NCBI GenBank assembly: GCA_016618085.1
Contig: JABLTG010000033.1
Location: forward strand, 1 to 64,000
Reading direction: 5' to 3'
Length of the DNA: 64,000 bases
DNA from: Neovahlkampfia damariscottae
Taxonomy: Eukaryota
Position 1 is the stretch's first letter. Every line of letters starts with the position of its first letter. The translations under genes and the position numbers were made by a program. The notes beneath the pieces are model-generated. The model ran no database searches and had not been told where the DNA came from. It was given only the letters and a program-made list of their open reading frames with translations. Positions 49,784 to 62,142 of the stretch are shown here, one piece after another.

Positions 49784-51644
49784 ATGGAAGCCGGTAAAAA
49801 AAAATATTTAGGTCTAAAATAAAAGAACTATTTGAATCTTTTTTAAATACTATTGAAGAAAATACTCAACAAAAAGCAATAGAGATGCTAAACGAACACA
49901 AAGAACTATTTTCAAGTGAACAACTTTTTTTTAAAAAATCAAATACTGGCTGGACACCAATCTTCTATTCTATAGAGAAAAAAAGAATTCAAATCTTGGA
50001 AGAAATTCTCAAAGTCTTTGGAATTTCAGTTTTTCAACAAAACCTGGAAAAACATTTCACTCCTTTATTATTTTGTGCTTCAAAGAATAATTTTGAAGTT
50101 TTGAAATTCTTGTTTGACCATCAAATCTGTTTAAAAACTGAAAAGACAGATGGAGGAAAAGATGCTTTGAATTTAGCTTCTGATGGAGGTTATTTGGAAA
50201 TTGTCAAATATCTAATTGAAATTCAAGGATTTGATATTAATGGTACATCTAATACTGGATGGTCAGCTTTTTTGATGGCCTCGGATTCAGGTTTTAAAAA
50301 AAATTTAAATTTAAATTTTATCAAGGTCATGTTGAAACACTGAAATATTTATACTCAAAAGGTTGTAAAATTGATACAATTAGTAATAATAAATGGAATG
50401 CAGCAATGGCAGCAGCTGATTCAGGAAGAATTGAAGCAACTAAATTTCTTCTTCAAATCAAATGTGATTTCACACAAAGTTCAAAAAATGGGTGGACTGC
50501 TTTTTTATTGGCTGCGCATAAAGGATATTTAGAAATTTTAAAATTGATTATTAATTCAAATATTCTTCCAAAAGAAGTTCTTTTTGATCAGAAAACAGAA
50601 AATAAATGGAATGCTTTATTGTGCTCAGTTGATAAAGGATTTTATGATTGTGTGAAATATTTGGTATCTATTGGAATATCAATAAATGAAAGATCAAAAG
50701 TTGGAGGAAGTCCTTTGACTCATGCTGCTGATAGTGGTCATTTTAAAATTGTTGAATTTTTATTACAAAATGGAAGTTCAATATCTGAATCCACTGATAA
50801 TAATTGGAGTTCTCTCTTAAATGCTTCTGATAGTGGCCACTTAGATATTGTCAAATATTTACTTTACAATGGAAGTTCATTGACAGAAAAAAGTAAAAAT
50901 GGATGGAGCTCAATAATGACTGCATCAGACAGTGGACACTTGGAAATTGTCAAATTTCTCTTTGAGAATGGAAGCTCAGTTGATGAAGTTAGTATTACTG
51001 GATGGAGTCCTTTGTTACTTGCGACAAAAGCAACTCATCTTGATGTTATGAAATATTTATTAGCAAATGGCGGTAATATTCTTGACCGAACAATTAAAGG
51101 AACAACCTTTGAATCTATACTTGTTGATTCACCTGAATGTTTAGATTATGTGCAAGATGAATTTTCAAAATCTGTATGTGCTAAAATCCGGATACTCAAA
51201 AGTCTTGAAGTTGAAACTGAAAGATCACAAGAAATTTTACAATCATACATGTTCAATTCTATCATTTTTAATCGTTTTGATCTTTTCAAAATTTTGATTG
51301 AAAAAGTTACAAATTTGAATTCACTGCATGAAGATGGAAATACTATTTTAGGTCTTTCCATATTACATAACAAAATGGAGTTTTTTAATCATATTATCTC
51401 AACAGTGGGAGATTTAAATTTTTTTACAAAGAATAATGATGGTTTGTTACCTATCAATATATCATTGAAGAAAGGGTTGGACTATGCAACTCACGTATTA
51501 TGCAAACACTATGGAAATTTGTATTCATTTGACAATTCATTTTTTGAGAATACCAGAATTCACAGAAATCTGTTTTTTGTTATTTTTCAATGGAAACTTT
51601 GGAAATGCGAAAATTTAAGTGATCTTCAATTTAAATTCAAATAG
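49784..51644 (+). CDS. Ankyrin-repeat protein (2 introns)
   Basis: More than 10 repeats of GW(S/T)..L.A.DSGH.EIVK.L...G. Confidence 0.92.
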
Positions 51645-51827
51645 AAGGGTATTGAACTACCAAAAATGAAAATTGTGATTGGAAAATGGAATTGTTTATT
51701 TTTGGCAATTGGAAGTACTTTTTAGACAACTTGTGCGATTTGGTCATTAAATGTGCCAAATTTGGATCGACAAGAATTATTTAACCAATGAGCAGGTATC
51801 ACAAATCTCAACAGAAAAATACTAAAA

Positions 51828-52466
51828 ATGAAAATGGTTGAGCGTTGGTCCGATGAAAAAAAATTTCAACTTGTCTATCCAAAACAGATCACTCAAACTG
51901 AACAATACTACTTGAGCAGAGACGCTTATGCTGCTCATCTCCTTTCAATTAAAAACGTTAAAGAAGCAGGACGTTTAATCTATGCAAGTTTGGAGAATCT
52001 TGCTTTAATGAACAGTGGAAACTACTCAACTGGAATTAAATATCATAAAAGTGGAATTATAAAACTTAATGACCACAAAGAATCAGGATTTATTGCTCAA
52101 CAGCTTCAATTAATAGGAGTATATGATAAGGTTATTGATTATTTTGCTGTTGAATCTTCCAGAAATCATTTAAACTTATATTTGTTTTCTCAGTTTTTGA
52201 TATGTTATTTTACCTCTGTTTCTTTCTCAGATGAAGAATTATTAAACTTTAAAAACAAAATTGATAACGCAAGGAATGTCATGAATCATGAAATGAAAGA
52301 ATATTTTGAAACTAAAGATAAGCAATATCACTGGGTTCATGTTCATTGTTGTGAAACATTTGAAAATATGATTACCATGATTGAAAAGGAAAGAAAACGT
52401 TTAAAGTCTAGAAAAGATGTCACAAGCTACAAATTCAATTATAAAGTGCAAAAAAAAGCGTTTTGA
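51828..52466 (+). CDS. Hypothetical protein
   Basis: 212-aa intronless ORF with CCAAT upstream. Confidence 0.65.
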   Translation: MKMVERWSDEKKFQLVYPKQITQTEQYYLSRDAYAAHLLSIKNVKEAGRLIYASLENLALMNSGNYSTGIKYHKSGIIKLNDHKESGFIAQQLQLIGVYDKVIDYFAVESSRNHLNLYLFSQFLICYFTSVSFSDEELLNFKNKIDNARNVMNHEMKEYFETKDKQYHWVHVHCCETFENMITMIEKERKRLKSRKDVTSYKFNYKVQKKAF

Positions 52467-52633
52467 ACTTTTCGCTAAATTTGGTGCTTCGAAAATCCGG
52501 ATTAGGATACATTCAAATTTAGTATTTTTTGACCAATAAAAGTAGAATCGGTTGGTAGTCCAATTTGAACTTAACTTCAAACCGTTTTAACACACAACAC
52601 CTTCACTTGTATCTCAGCCAAAACAAATCACAC

Positions 52634-53329
52634 ATGAAGAATCAACTTATATCAACATCAACTACACCTGTATTTCATCAAGTCAGCTATCCTGCAGCTC
52701 CAAATGATGATTCGCATTGACAATTAGTTTTTGACAATTCTTTTGGAATTGTTGAACTCAAAGATATGTTCCATCCATTGTTCAATGAAACATTTGAACT
52801 TTACAAAGAAAACTTTCCTGCAAGAGATGAAATGGATCACAAAACAGTTGTAAAACTCTTAAATGAAGGAATTTTAAGAGTTTTCATTTCAATCGTTGAT
52901 TCAAAAGTTTCAGCTTGTGCTTTGATAAGTCTTCCTCAAAAGAATCTTCCAATTGGACATTTAGAATACTTGTTTGTAAATAAAAAAATTCAAGGCAAAG
53001 GAATCGGAACAAAATTCATGAACAATTTAATCAACTTTTTGAAAATTGAAAAAAAATTGACAGTTTTAACATTAGAATGCGTTGAAAGTTTAATCAAATT
53101 TTATTCCAAATTTGAAGCTCAAATTTCAACAATAGGACCTTCAAACTTTATTGATGACAATGATTTAATATTTTATTACTTGTATATCACTCTTGAACAA
53201 AGCATCAACTCAAGTCTTTTGCAAGAAAATTTGAAAGAAGTTTTTCACAGCATCAGAAAATCAGAAAAAGTTTATTTGTTCAAGACAGGAGATGTATTAA
53301 TTTTTAAAGATGTCATAGAAGAAACTTAA
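52634..53329 (+). CDS. GNAT acetyltransferase with an in-frame TGA (52718-52720) in a readthrough context
   Basis: LEYLFVNKKIQGKGIG acetyl-CoA motif; LECVESLIKFYSK. The upstream ATG at 52634 is in frame, separated only by TGA-CAA-TTA. Confidence 0.8.
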
Positions 53330-53352
53330 ATTTTTACATAAATAAATTTTTT

Positions 53353-53800
53353 TTAATCATCTGGTGTCACAATCATGTCCAAGTCTGGTAAATCAGTCAT
53401 GTTTTCAAAAGCTGCAACAAGTGCAGAATGTGATAAGTTTGAATCTTTGTGAAAAAATTGATTAAAAAAAAAACAAATTTACTTTCAAGTAATTCATCGT
53501 CTGAGTCATCTTTTTCTTCTTGATTTGAAAAAGCTCCAAGGTTTTGAGAAACTTGAATTGACATTGATAATTCATCTTGATTCTCAATTAATTTATAATA
53601 CATTTCTCTGACTATAAAAGGATCTGCATTTAATGTTTCACCTATTTTTGACCAAGAAAAATCATATTTTTGGACAATACTTACAATCTTGGATTTATTT
53701 TTCAATTATTTTTAATTACCTCTTTCGTTTTTATTTTTGGTGGAGATTCAATTCGTTGTTTTGGTTTGTTGTTTGGCAACTTTATTATGACGTTGATCAT
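53353..53800 (-). CDS. Small protein resembling Atg29 (introns 53688-53719 and 53445-53482)
   Basis: MINVIIKLP...ESPP...SWSKIGETL...; C-terminal SNLSHSALVAAF. Confidence 0.55.
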
Positions 53801-53925
53801 ATTCAGACAATTTCATTGGATGATGACTTAACTTTTAGTTTCGACTATTTCTACATTTTACTTAATTTAATCTTCAATATAATTGTCTTGTTCTTATTGT
53901 GTTTTTATTGGTGTAAATTTTATTG

Positions 53926-54834
53926 ATGCTTCAGGTTCGTTGTGACTCTTGTGACAATAAAGTTATTGAACCACTTGTTGAAATATACCAAGACGATAAT
54001 TCTCTTGAAATTCAATGGTAAAAATAAAAAAAAATACTCATTTCAAGTCCTATTTGTTCAGTTTCTGTTTTTCCTTGTGAAAACTGTTTTCATCTTTTAA
54101 AACTGGAAAATGACCAATTTTTATATTGTACTATATGTGGGTTTATGAATATAAAATCTGAAAAAATCAGAAAAAAATTACAATATCCAAAATTTTCAAT
54201 GAGTTTCAAACAAGTTCGTGTAATTCAAAGAATTTTAAATGAAAAAAAATATTTGGAAAATAAAATGAAAGAGTATAAACAAGATTCAAATGGTGATAAA
54301 TTATTCTTAAAGACTCATATTGAGTCATTGATTGAACCTGAATTGATCAGAGAAGATTATGAAGAAATCGAAAAAATTTTGTCATTCCAAAATAATTTGA
54401 ATCTGTTCACCAAAATCCATTTAAAAATGTTACAAGCTTTATATGATAAACAAGAAAATAAACCTGAAATCATTAAAAAAGTCGCAAATTTCTTTGAAAA
54501 ATCAGATGGAATAATTCAATTGAAAAAGAACTTTCATATGAATGAATTAGCATCAAAATGTGATTTTCATGATAAATTATCATTAATTTTTAAAAATCAA
54601 TCAAAACAAAAAAAAATTGAATGGGAAGATTTAACAACTAAATTCTTATCTCTCCTTGTTGAGATTAATGAACATGTTGAGATTTTAATTAAAGAATTGA
54701 TGAAACAAAAAGATGAGAATTTATTTTTCAAAGTTGATGAAATCAATGAGAAACAATTTCATGATGAATCTTTGAAAGATAAAATCAAATTATGGAGAAA
54801 TGCATTCAAATCAATTTCAACTTTAATTGAATAA
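53926..54834 (+). CDS. Hypothetical protein with four N-terminal CxxC pairs and a helical region (1 intron)
   Basis: CDSC, CPIC, CENC and CTIC splice into ORF 54145-54834. Confidence 0.65.
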
Positions 54835-54841
54835 ATTTTTA

Positions 54842-55788
54842 TTAGACAAGAACGATATCTGAAATGACAGGTTGATGTGTTGAAATCATAGTATCTGATG
54901 AAATAACGTATTGTTTCACAACAATATTTTCTGTCACGAAAATGAAATCAGTGGTCGCTTTTTTTTCTTGACCAATGAAACTGTTTTCAGTTGATTTAAT
55001 TGAATCTTCATTGACACATAATTTTTGAGCAAAATGTAATTCAAAAGCTTCTTCTTGTTCACTATCTTCTTCACTATCTTCAACATCAGGCATAACTTCA
55101 AAGAAAACTCCATCATGTTTTTTTGAAAGAATACTGAGGTCATTTGATTCCATTGTACAATTAAAATCACCTAAAACAATAACAGTAGGAATTTCATCTT
55201 CTTCCATTTTTGATTCAATTGCGTTTCTTAAAATATATGAACCATTTCTTCTTGTTTCTCTTCCTTGATCCCAATGTGTATTGTAAACTAAAAATTGACC
55301 TTCTGTTGAATCTTCTTCTTTTGTTTTTGATTTATCAAAAAATTTAGCCCATGTAGAAATACGTGAAGAAATAGCATCCCATGATTTTGAACCCACTTCT
55401 TCAGTGTCTTCAGACAACCAAAAAGTACCACTTTCAATTAATTCAAATGCATCTGTGTTATAAAAAATTGGACAATTTTCACCAACAGGTTGTTGTTTTT
55501 TAGAATCAAAATAAGCAGATTGTGCTACTTTGTTATATTTTTCACCTTTTTTTGTGAGTAATTCATCAAGTTCATTGAGTTGTTTTGTTGAACAATCTTG
55601 AAGTCCAAAAATTTCTGGTGCATGATGTGAAATTAATTCAACAACAGAACTAAAAGTTTTTTTAAAAAAAAAATAAATTACCTTTTACGTTTTTCCCAGT
55701 TGAAGTTTTTCTTGTGCAAATCTGAAAGAATGTTGAAACTCATAACTCTAACTGATTTTGTTGGTTTCTCAATTTTTGTTAAACTCAT
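54842..55788 (-). CDS. EEP-family protein with altered catalytic residues (1 intron)
   Basis: VMSFNI...WEKRK, GENCPIFY, GTFWLS, SWDA..RI.TW, NTHWD, GDFN; GLQD and STH replace the usual QE and SDH. Confidence 0.85.
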
Positions 55789-55919
55789 TCTTTTTAAAAA
55801 TTAAAAACAAAGCAAAAAAAAACCTTGGACTGTTTTGGTTGTTGTAAACTGTTATAAAATGGTTGGTTGATTTTTAAACCAATTATTTTCGTTTATAAAT
55901 TTCTTAACTTGAGGTAAAC

Positions 55920-58900
55920 ATGTTTGAAGATGGATTTGAAGGATTTGGTTTGAATTTTACAATTAATACTAATAAAAATCCAAAGAGAAAGAATTTGCAG
56001 CTTTAGAATTAGAAAACCAAAAAACAACAAAACATGATTGGAAAGTAAAAGAACGAGAAAGAGAAAAATTTGTCACTGAAGAGAATCAAGATCCAACTCA
56101 ATCAATTTTAGCACTTAAAGCAAGAGAGTTTTTAATTAGACAAGAAGAAGCTAAAGAATATTTAGAAGAAGTTCTTGGAGTAAACATTGACACATCAGGA
56201 GAAATGGATTTGGTGGACCATTTAAAAAGTGGAAAATACATGGCTTTATTTGCTAATACATGGCTAAGTGATAAAGATAAAATCAAAAAAGTTCATAATG
56301 GAGCTCCAGGTTCACCTATGGAATTTATGATGTCAACTGATAATGTAAACAACTTTTTAGATGGAACTGCAAAAATAGACTTTCCAAAGATTTATTACTT
56401 TGTTTTTTCTGATTTATGGCATCGTAAAAATCCTCCAGCTGTTGTACATTGTATTCATGCTTTGGCGCATTACTTAGAAAGAAAAGGACTTTCAAAAATA
56501 AAAATCAAAGATCTTTCAAAACATAATTTACACTTTGACCAAGACAAAATAAACAAAATTACAAAAGAATTAGAAGATTTAGAAAGAGATGGTGTAAATT
56601 TTGAAAATTTCAATTTTAAATTACCAAATGACCAAGAACCTGTTGAAGATGATCCTTTTGATGATTTGAAGGAACTTGATGATTTAGGTGTCGCAGATCC
56701 AAATGAATGTACCATAGAAGGAAAAGGCTCAAAATTCACATTTGCTGGTAAAAAAGGTAAATTCACTATTATTGGAAGAAATCAAAGTGGAAAGGAAATT
56801 TTCAATGGAGGTGATGATATTCAATGTGAATTGATATCATCAGATGGTAAAGTTTTTCCTGTAAATGTTGTTGATTTGAAAAATGGAAAATATGAATGTG
56901 ATTATACTTTATATAAAGCAGGTAAATATAAACTCAATGTAAAGTTAAATGGAAAAAAATTAAAACGAGCACCTGATGAAATTGAATGTAAAGATGCTCA
57001 ATCTACTGCTTTTTGTAAAATAATTTCAGAATTACCAAAAGAATTTATTGAAGGAAAAAAATATAAAATTAAAGTTCAAGCTTATGATGAGTATGGTAAT
57101 CCAAGAAAAGAGGGTAAAACAATATATTGATATTCTAACAGACAACAAAGGTGGAAACAATTTAGACCCTAACTTTTTACCGGAATTGAGATATTCTAAA
57201 GATAGACAAACACCACCAATGAATGTTGATAGTTGTAATATCAAAGATATGGAAGATGGAACATATGAAGTTGATTTTACATTACCATTTAGAGGTCCTT
57301 ATCAATTACGTTTTATTACACCTGACAAAAAATCATGGGATGGATTTCAACCAATTGTATTGAAAGCATCACAAGGTGATCTTCCAAAACTTGAATTTGA
57401 ATTTATGGAATTCAAACCTGGTGATTCAGTTATTCAGTTCAAAGTGAAAGAAGATTTACTCCAACAAAAGAAAAATCGTTATGTTTCAATGTTTTTGAAA
57501 AATCCAAGTTTGGATCCATTGAACACCAATCAAAGAGATTTGATTCAAAAAATGATGATTGATAAATGGAAAGGTTGGGTAAAAGAATATCTCACTAATT
57601 TAATGAATACAATGGATTTGGAAAATGAAACATGGGGTGATTATGAAAAAAGAGCACAAGAGTTATTGGAGAATTTTATCAAAATTCCATTCCAGCAAAA
57701 AGGACAAATGACTCAATTTGTTTCGATAAATGATGAACCAATGGATTGGACACATTTCAACCAAGAAAAATTGAAAGAATTTACAAAAGAACCAGAAGTT
57801 AAAAAGAAACCAATCAAAGATTTGGGTTCTTTTAAATTTGATTTTATTGATCCTAATGAACCAACAGTGCATCCAAGAAGATTTCAAGCTGATTTTTGGA
57901 CATGGATTAGAAGTTTAATTGTTGAATCAAAAAAGAAACCTGCATATAAGATTGATAATGATGGACAAATTAGGTTATATTTTGATCAACATATTGTAGT
58001 GAAAGAATACACTGATATTGATGTTTTGAATGTTGTCAGAGTACGTGATTTAATTAATTTTGGAAAACATCAAATGTCTGTTGCTCAAAGATTGATTTTT
58101 GAAATTTTACGAGAATTAGAGGAATTACCTGATTTTCAATTGGCTAAAAATACATTGTTTCATTCAAGTAAATTAATATTTGCAAAAATGAAAAGAATTA
58201 ATGATACCTTTATGAATTATTCCAAAAAGTATGGAAACCCTCAAGACGAAATTAACGAAAAAATTGAAGAAAATTATCATCAATTGATTTTAGCATTAAA
58301 AAGAGAATATTTAATTTTAATTAAAAATATGAATGAAGGATTTCAAGATATATTAAAAAATGAATTGAAATTATCAAAAGAACAAATTTTAGATATTTCT
58401 CTATTTTCGTCATTTTATAAATTTGATTTGAACGAACTTCAAAAAGGTTGGCAACTTGTCAATGGATATGAATTATCATCAAAAGATCGAAAAATACATG
58501 TTTATGAATTTTTATTCGAAAATCAATATGGAAAATTATCCAATAGTTATGAAATACTTGTACCAATGAATACATATTTTGATAAATCACTATATAAAAA
58601 TAAATTATCACTCAGAACTTCATCTGATCGTGCTAGACCTGGTTTAGTTTGTCCTTTCAAAATAGCTTATATCAAATTCAACCATGTCATCTTTGAAGCA
58701 ATTAGAACTGGTAGTTTACCTGGAATTGATGCTGAAGATTCATTTTTAAGAAAAGATATTGCAAATGATAATGCAGTTGAATTATTAACTTCACTTGCAG
58801 CAAATCATGCAAAAAGATTTTCAAGAGAAGAATTGATGTCTTTAAAAGTTCCATTGAAAGTTCCTTTAACATCAGTTTGTTTATTAACACCTTTCTTTTT

Positions 58901-60161
58901 TGGTAAAAGAGAAGATAGACAAACATTTGAACAACAACAAGCAATCATTGAGACAATATCACAACACAGAATCACAAAAATTAAAGTTGATTTACATGAT
59001 TTTAAAGAACCAGTTGAAATTAGAATTCAATTTGAAAATCCAACATTTGTTAATTTTGGCACTAATGCAATCATCAAAACATTAATGATGGGATCTGGAT
59101 ATCAAAGAGTTGTAAATGCAAGAAAATGGGGTACCAGAGCTTTTTGTAGAAAAGTTATTGATTTTCAACAAAGACTTATACAAAGAAACTATGAAATTCG
59201 TCAACAAATGTCTCAATACTTTTTAGGTGCATATTTCAACACAAGAGAAGGAATTCTCTATCGTGAAAATTTTACCAAATTATTGAATAGTTTAGATAAT
59301 ACAATGATTTTAATGAATGATATTATTGAAAAAAATAAAAAAAAAGTTTCTATTCAAGAAGCAAAACTATTAAATTTACAAAACAAATTAGAAAAGAGAA
59401 TTGTTGAAGATTGGTTACCTTCATTTGATGTTATCACTTCTGTTGAATTTCAATATTTATCAAAGATTAAAGGACAAGTGAAAGCAATCACTGCAGTTGA
59501 AGATGCTATTTATAAAATTGAACAAGAGCATCAAAAGAAATTACAAGAAATAGTTGAAGTTGAATATTCACTTATTCAACAATTACAACAAACATTTTCA
59601 GCTCCTGAAATTGTTGCTCCAAATTGTTGGGTTGAATATTTTGAATTGACTTTACTTCAAAAAGATATTTTTGATTTATTTACTGATATGAGAGAATTAT
59701 ATCATGATAGAGAACATGAAAAATTCTCACAACAAGTTATTGAATCATCAGAAGTCAAAGAAATTGATTCATTTTCAATTCCAGTTAGAATTTTATTATT
59801 AGGTTTTCACATTGGTGAACAAGTTCATTTTAATTGTAAAAGTGGAAAAGATAGAACTGGAATGATGGCAGAACATTGTTGTGAATTTGTTGAGTTACAT
59901 GCTCAATATGGTGAATATCCAAGAGTCAGAGCTGAAAAAGAAAAATACAATAAACATCGTCAAAAAATTCAACAGACTTTATCAATGAATGGAAGTACTT
60001 TAGATATAACTCAAATGAATCAAGGTATTCCAGGTTCAAAAATTGATCAATCTATGTCTGGAAGATTTGAAGAAGGTTGGTATAAAAAATATAAAGGGTT
60101 ATCAAAATTGGGGAAAGTTAAATTTGCAACAAAAGATGAATGGTATAAATTTATGCAATAA
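55920..60161 (+). CDS. Calponin-homology domain, filamin repeats and SopB/IpgD-like phosphoinositide phosphatase (2 introns)
   Basis: IQGAP-type CH (DNVNNFL...SDLW.RKN.PAVVHCIHALAH); filamin (D.KNGKY.C.Y....G.Y.L.V); CX5R motif NCKSGKDRTG. Confidence 0.85.
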
Positions 60162-60291
60162 ATTCTTATTTTTCGTCTTGTCTTTTAACTCTTTTTTTTT
60201 TTTTTAATAAATTCTCACAAAATCATAAAAAGTAATGAACTACTGGATTAAATAAAATCTCAAATTTAGACCAATAAAATTGATTACTTCA

Positions 60292-60961
60292 ATGACAGGA
60301 ATGTGCAAATTGAATTCTAAAGATTTAGAAAAAATGAGGTTTTAAATTAAATAACTAACCAAAATTCAGTTCTATGCTTGGTTTTGAAACCTCTTCAGAT
60401 TTCATTTTTCAAAAATTAAAAAAAAAAAAACTATTCGTTGAAGATTACAGAGCTCAAAACCAGAGTGAAGAAATGTTAAAATCCATCAGGTTCATTTTTA
60501 TTTTTTTTTTAAAAATCATTAAGTGACACCATAAAAGAAGAAAAACACATTGAACTCCTCACAACAGAATTAAAAAGTGATTTTTTGAAAAACCCAAAAC
60601 TTTTTTATTATGATCTGTACTATGACTATAAGTGTGTTTTAGATTATTACATTTCAATTTTTAAATTTCTTTTTTCTGATTATAGATACATTTCAGAATG
60701 GATTCAATTTTTGAAAGAAACTAAAAGTTATATAACGAGAGATTCTTATCAACAGTTTTATTCTTTTTCAAAAATTACATTGTATAAAACGGATTATGGC
60801 TTTGAATACGGTTTAGAAATTTAATTTTTTAATTTTTCAAAGATGCATGGCCAACTTTATTTGATGATTTTGTTACTTGGTTGATGAATGTGAAGTACAG
60901 TAATTTAAATTCGGATTCTATTATGACCTTGAAAGATTTAAATTTTTTTTTCGGAAATTAA
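60292..60961 (+). CDS. Divergent DCN1-like (cullin-binding PONY domain) protein, ~4 introns
   Basis: W.QFL.....ITRD.Y..F..F...DAWPTLFDDFV.W matches the DCN1 C-terminal motif. Confidence 0.65.
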
Positions 60962-61078
60962 TCATTTTTTCGCTTGGACTATTTATTAATCAACATTATG
61001 AAGTGCTAGTATGGCACTGTTTAAGTGTTTTTTTTGAATAAACCATTTTTCTTTTTTGTCCAATCATCAAATCTTTTC

Positions 61079-61740
61079 ATGGGTAACGTGAACAAAGCAC
61101 TGTGAGATGAAAAAAAAAAAACTAATAATCTTTTTAGAATACAAGCCTGTTATGATGGTAATTTGACTCATTGCCAAAAATTAGTTGCAGATGGAGCTAA
61201 AATAGATTACATTCATCTCCAAAGAGACAAAATTCCAAAAACTTTGTTTTTGTACGATAGAATACAAATTTCACCTTTAAGAGCAGCTATAATGGCAGCT
61301 CATTCAGAGTGTGTACAATATATGCTCTCATTAGGAGCTGATGTAAAAAAAAAAAAAATTAATTTTGAAAAACAAGGTCAATGCCACATTTTCAGATATC
61401 ATGCCAAATACAAAAACTGGAGAAGAGTAAAACTAAAAAAAATTGAAATTCTTTTTTTCAGTGAGGAGATTTTAAGAACTCCTTTAAGAGTTGGTAAATT
61501 TTTTTAAGAAGTAAATTCACATTTTTTTGAATAGCTGTTGAATACGCTTTTTATGAAGTAGAAAAACCATATTTAGAACAAGAAGAAGAGATTTTTCAAA
61601 TATTTTATTTGTTGTTGGAAGCTGGTGCTGATGCAAGTTTGGTGATTAATTATGTTCAGATTTTAGGTGAAGAAAAAAATAAAGGATTCAAAGAAAAAAG
61701 TCAACAGATATTTGATATTTTAATGGACTACATGAATTAA
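61079..61740 (+). CDS. Small ankyrin-repeat protein (multi-intron)
   Basis: ALIQACYDGNL...LV.DGA; SPLRAAI.....ECVQYMLSLGAD; LLLEAGAD. Confidence 0.75.
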
Positions 61741-62142
61741 TAAAAATTAGAAATTAAATTCCAAAAAAAATTTCAATCTGGAATTAATTCAATTTTTAAA
61801 GGACGAAAAATTTGGGATTCTTAATCTTTGTTCTCATTTCTCTTTCTTTTCTAAATTTTGGGAACAGCGGAATTGGAAAGTAATATTGAAAATGTGGGTT
61901 ATGAATCGGAATTGAGAGAAATTTTTTGGAAGCGTAATGTTTTCATTTAAAATTTGTGGTAGTAATTAAACATACCAAGGTGCAAATTGGAAAACAAAAA
62001 TTTTTTTTTTGGTGCATAGGTGGCTTTACCACAGATTTATTTTGGAACAATTCTATTGGCAGCTGAACATGAATGATTCATAAAAACGCAGAGAAAATTT
62101 TGACTGTCAGAAAAAAAAAAAAAAAAAACACACACAAGTCTG

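Noticed and set aside
50406..51100. ~99-nt periodic repeats as a possible array
   Set aside because: These are ankyrin coding repeats, not CRISPR or a non-coding array.
52718..52720. TGA as selenocysteine or as a reassigned Trp codon
   Set aside because: Only ~23 nt separate this gene from the convergent one and no SECIS is visible; TGA terminates other genes (27964, 35371, 46476, 52466).
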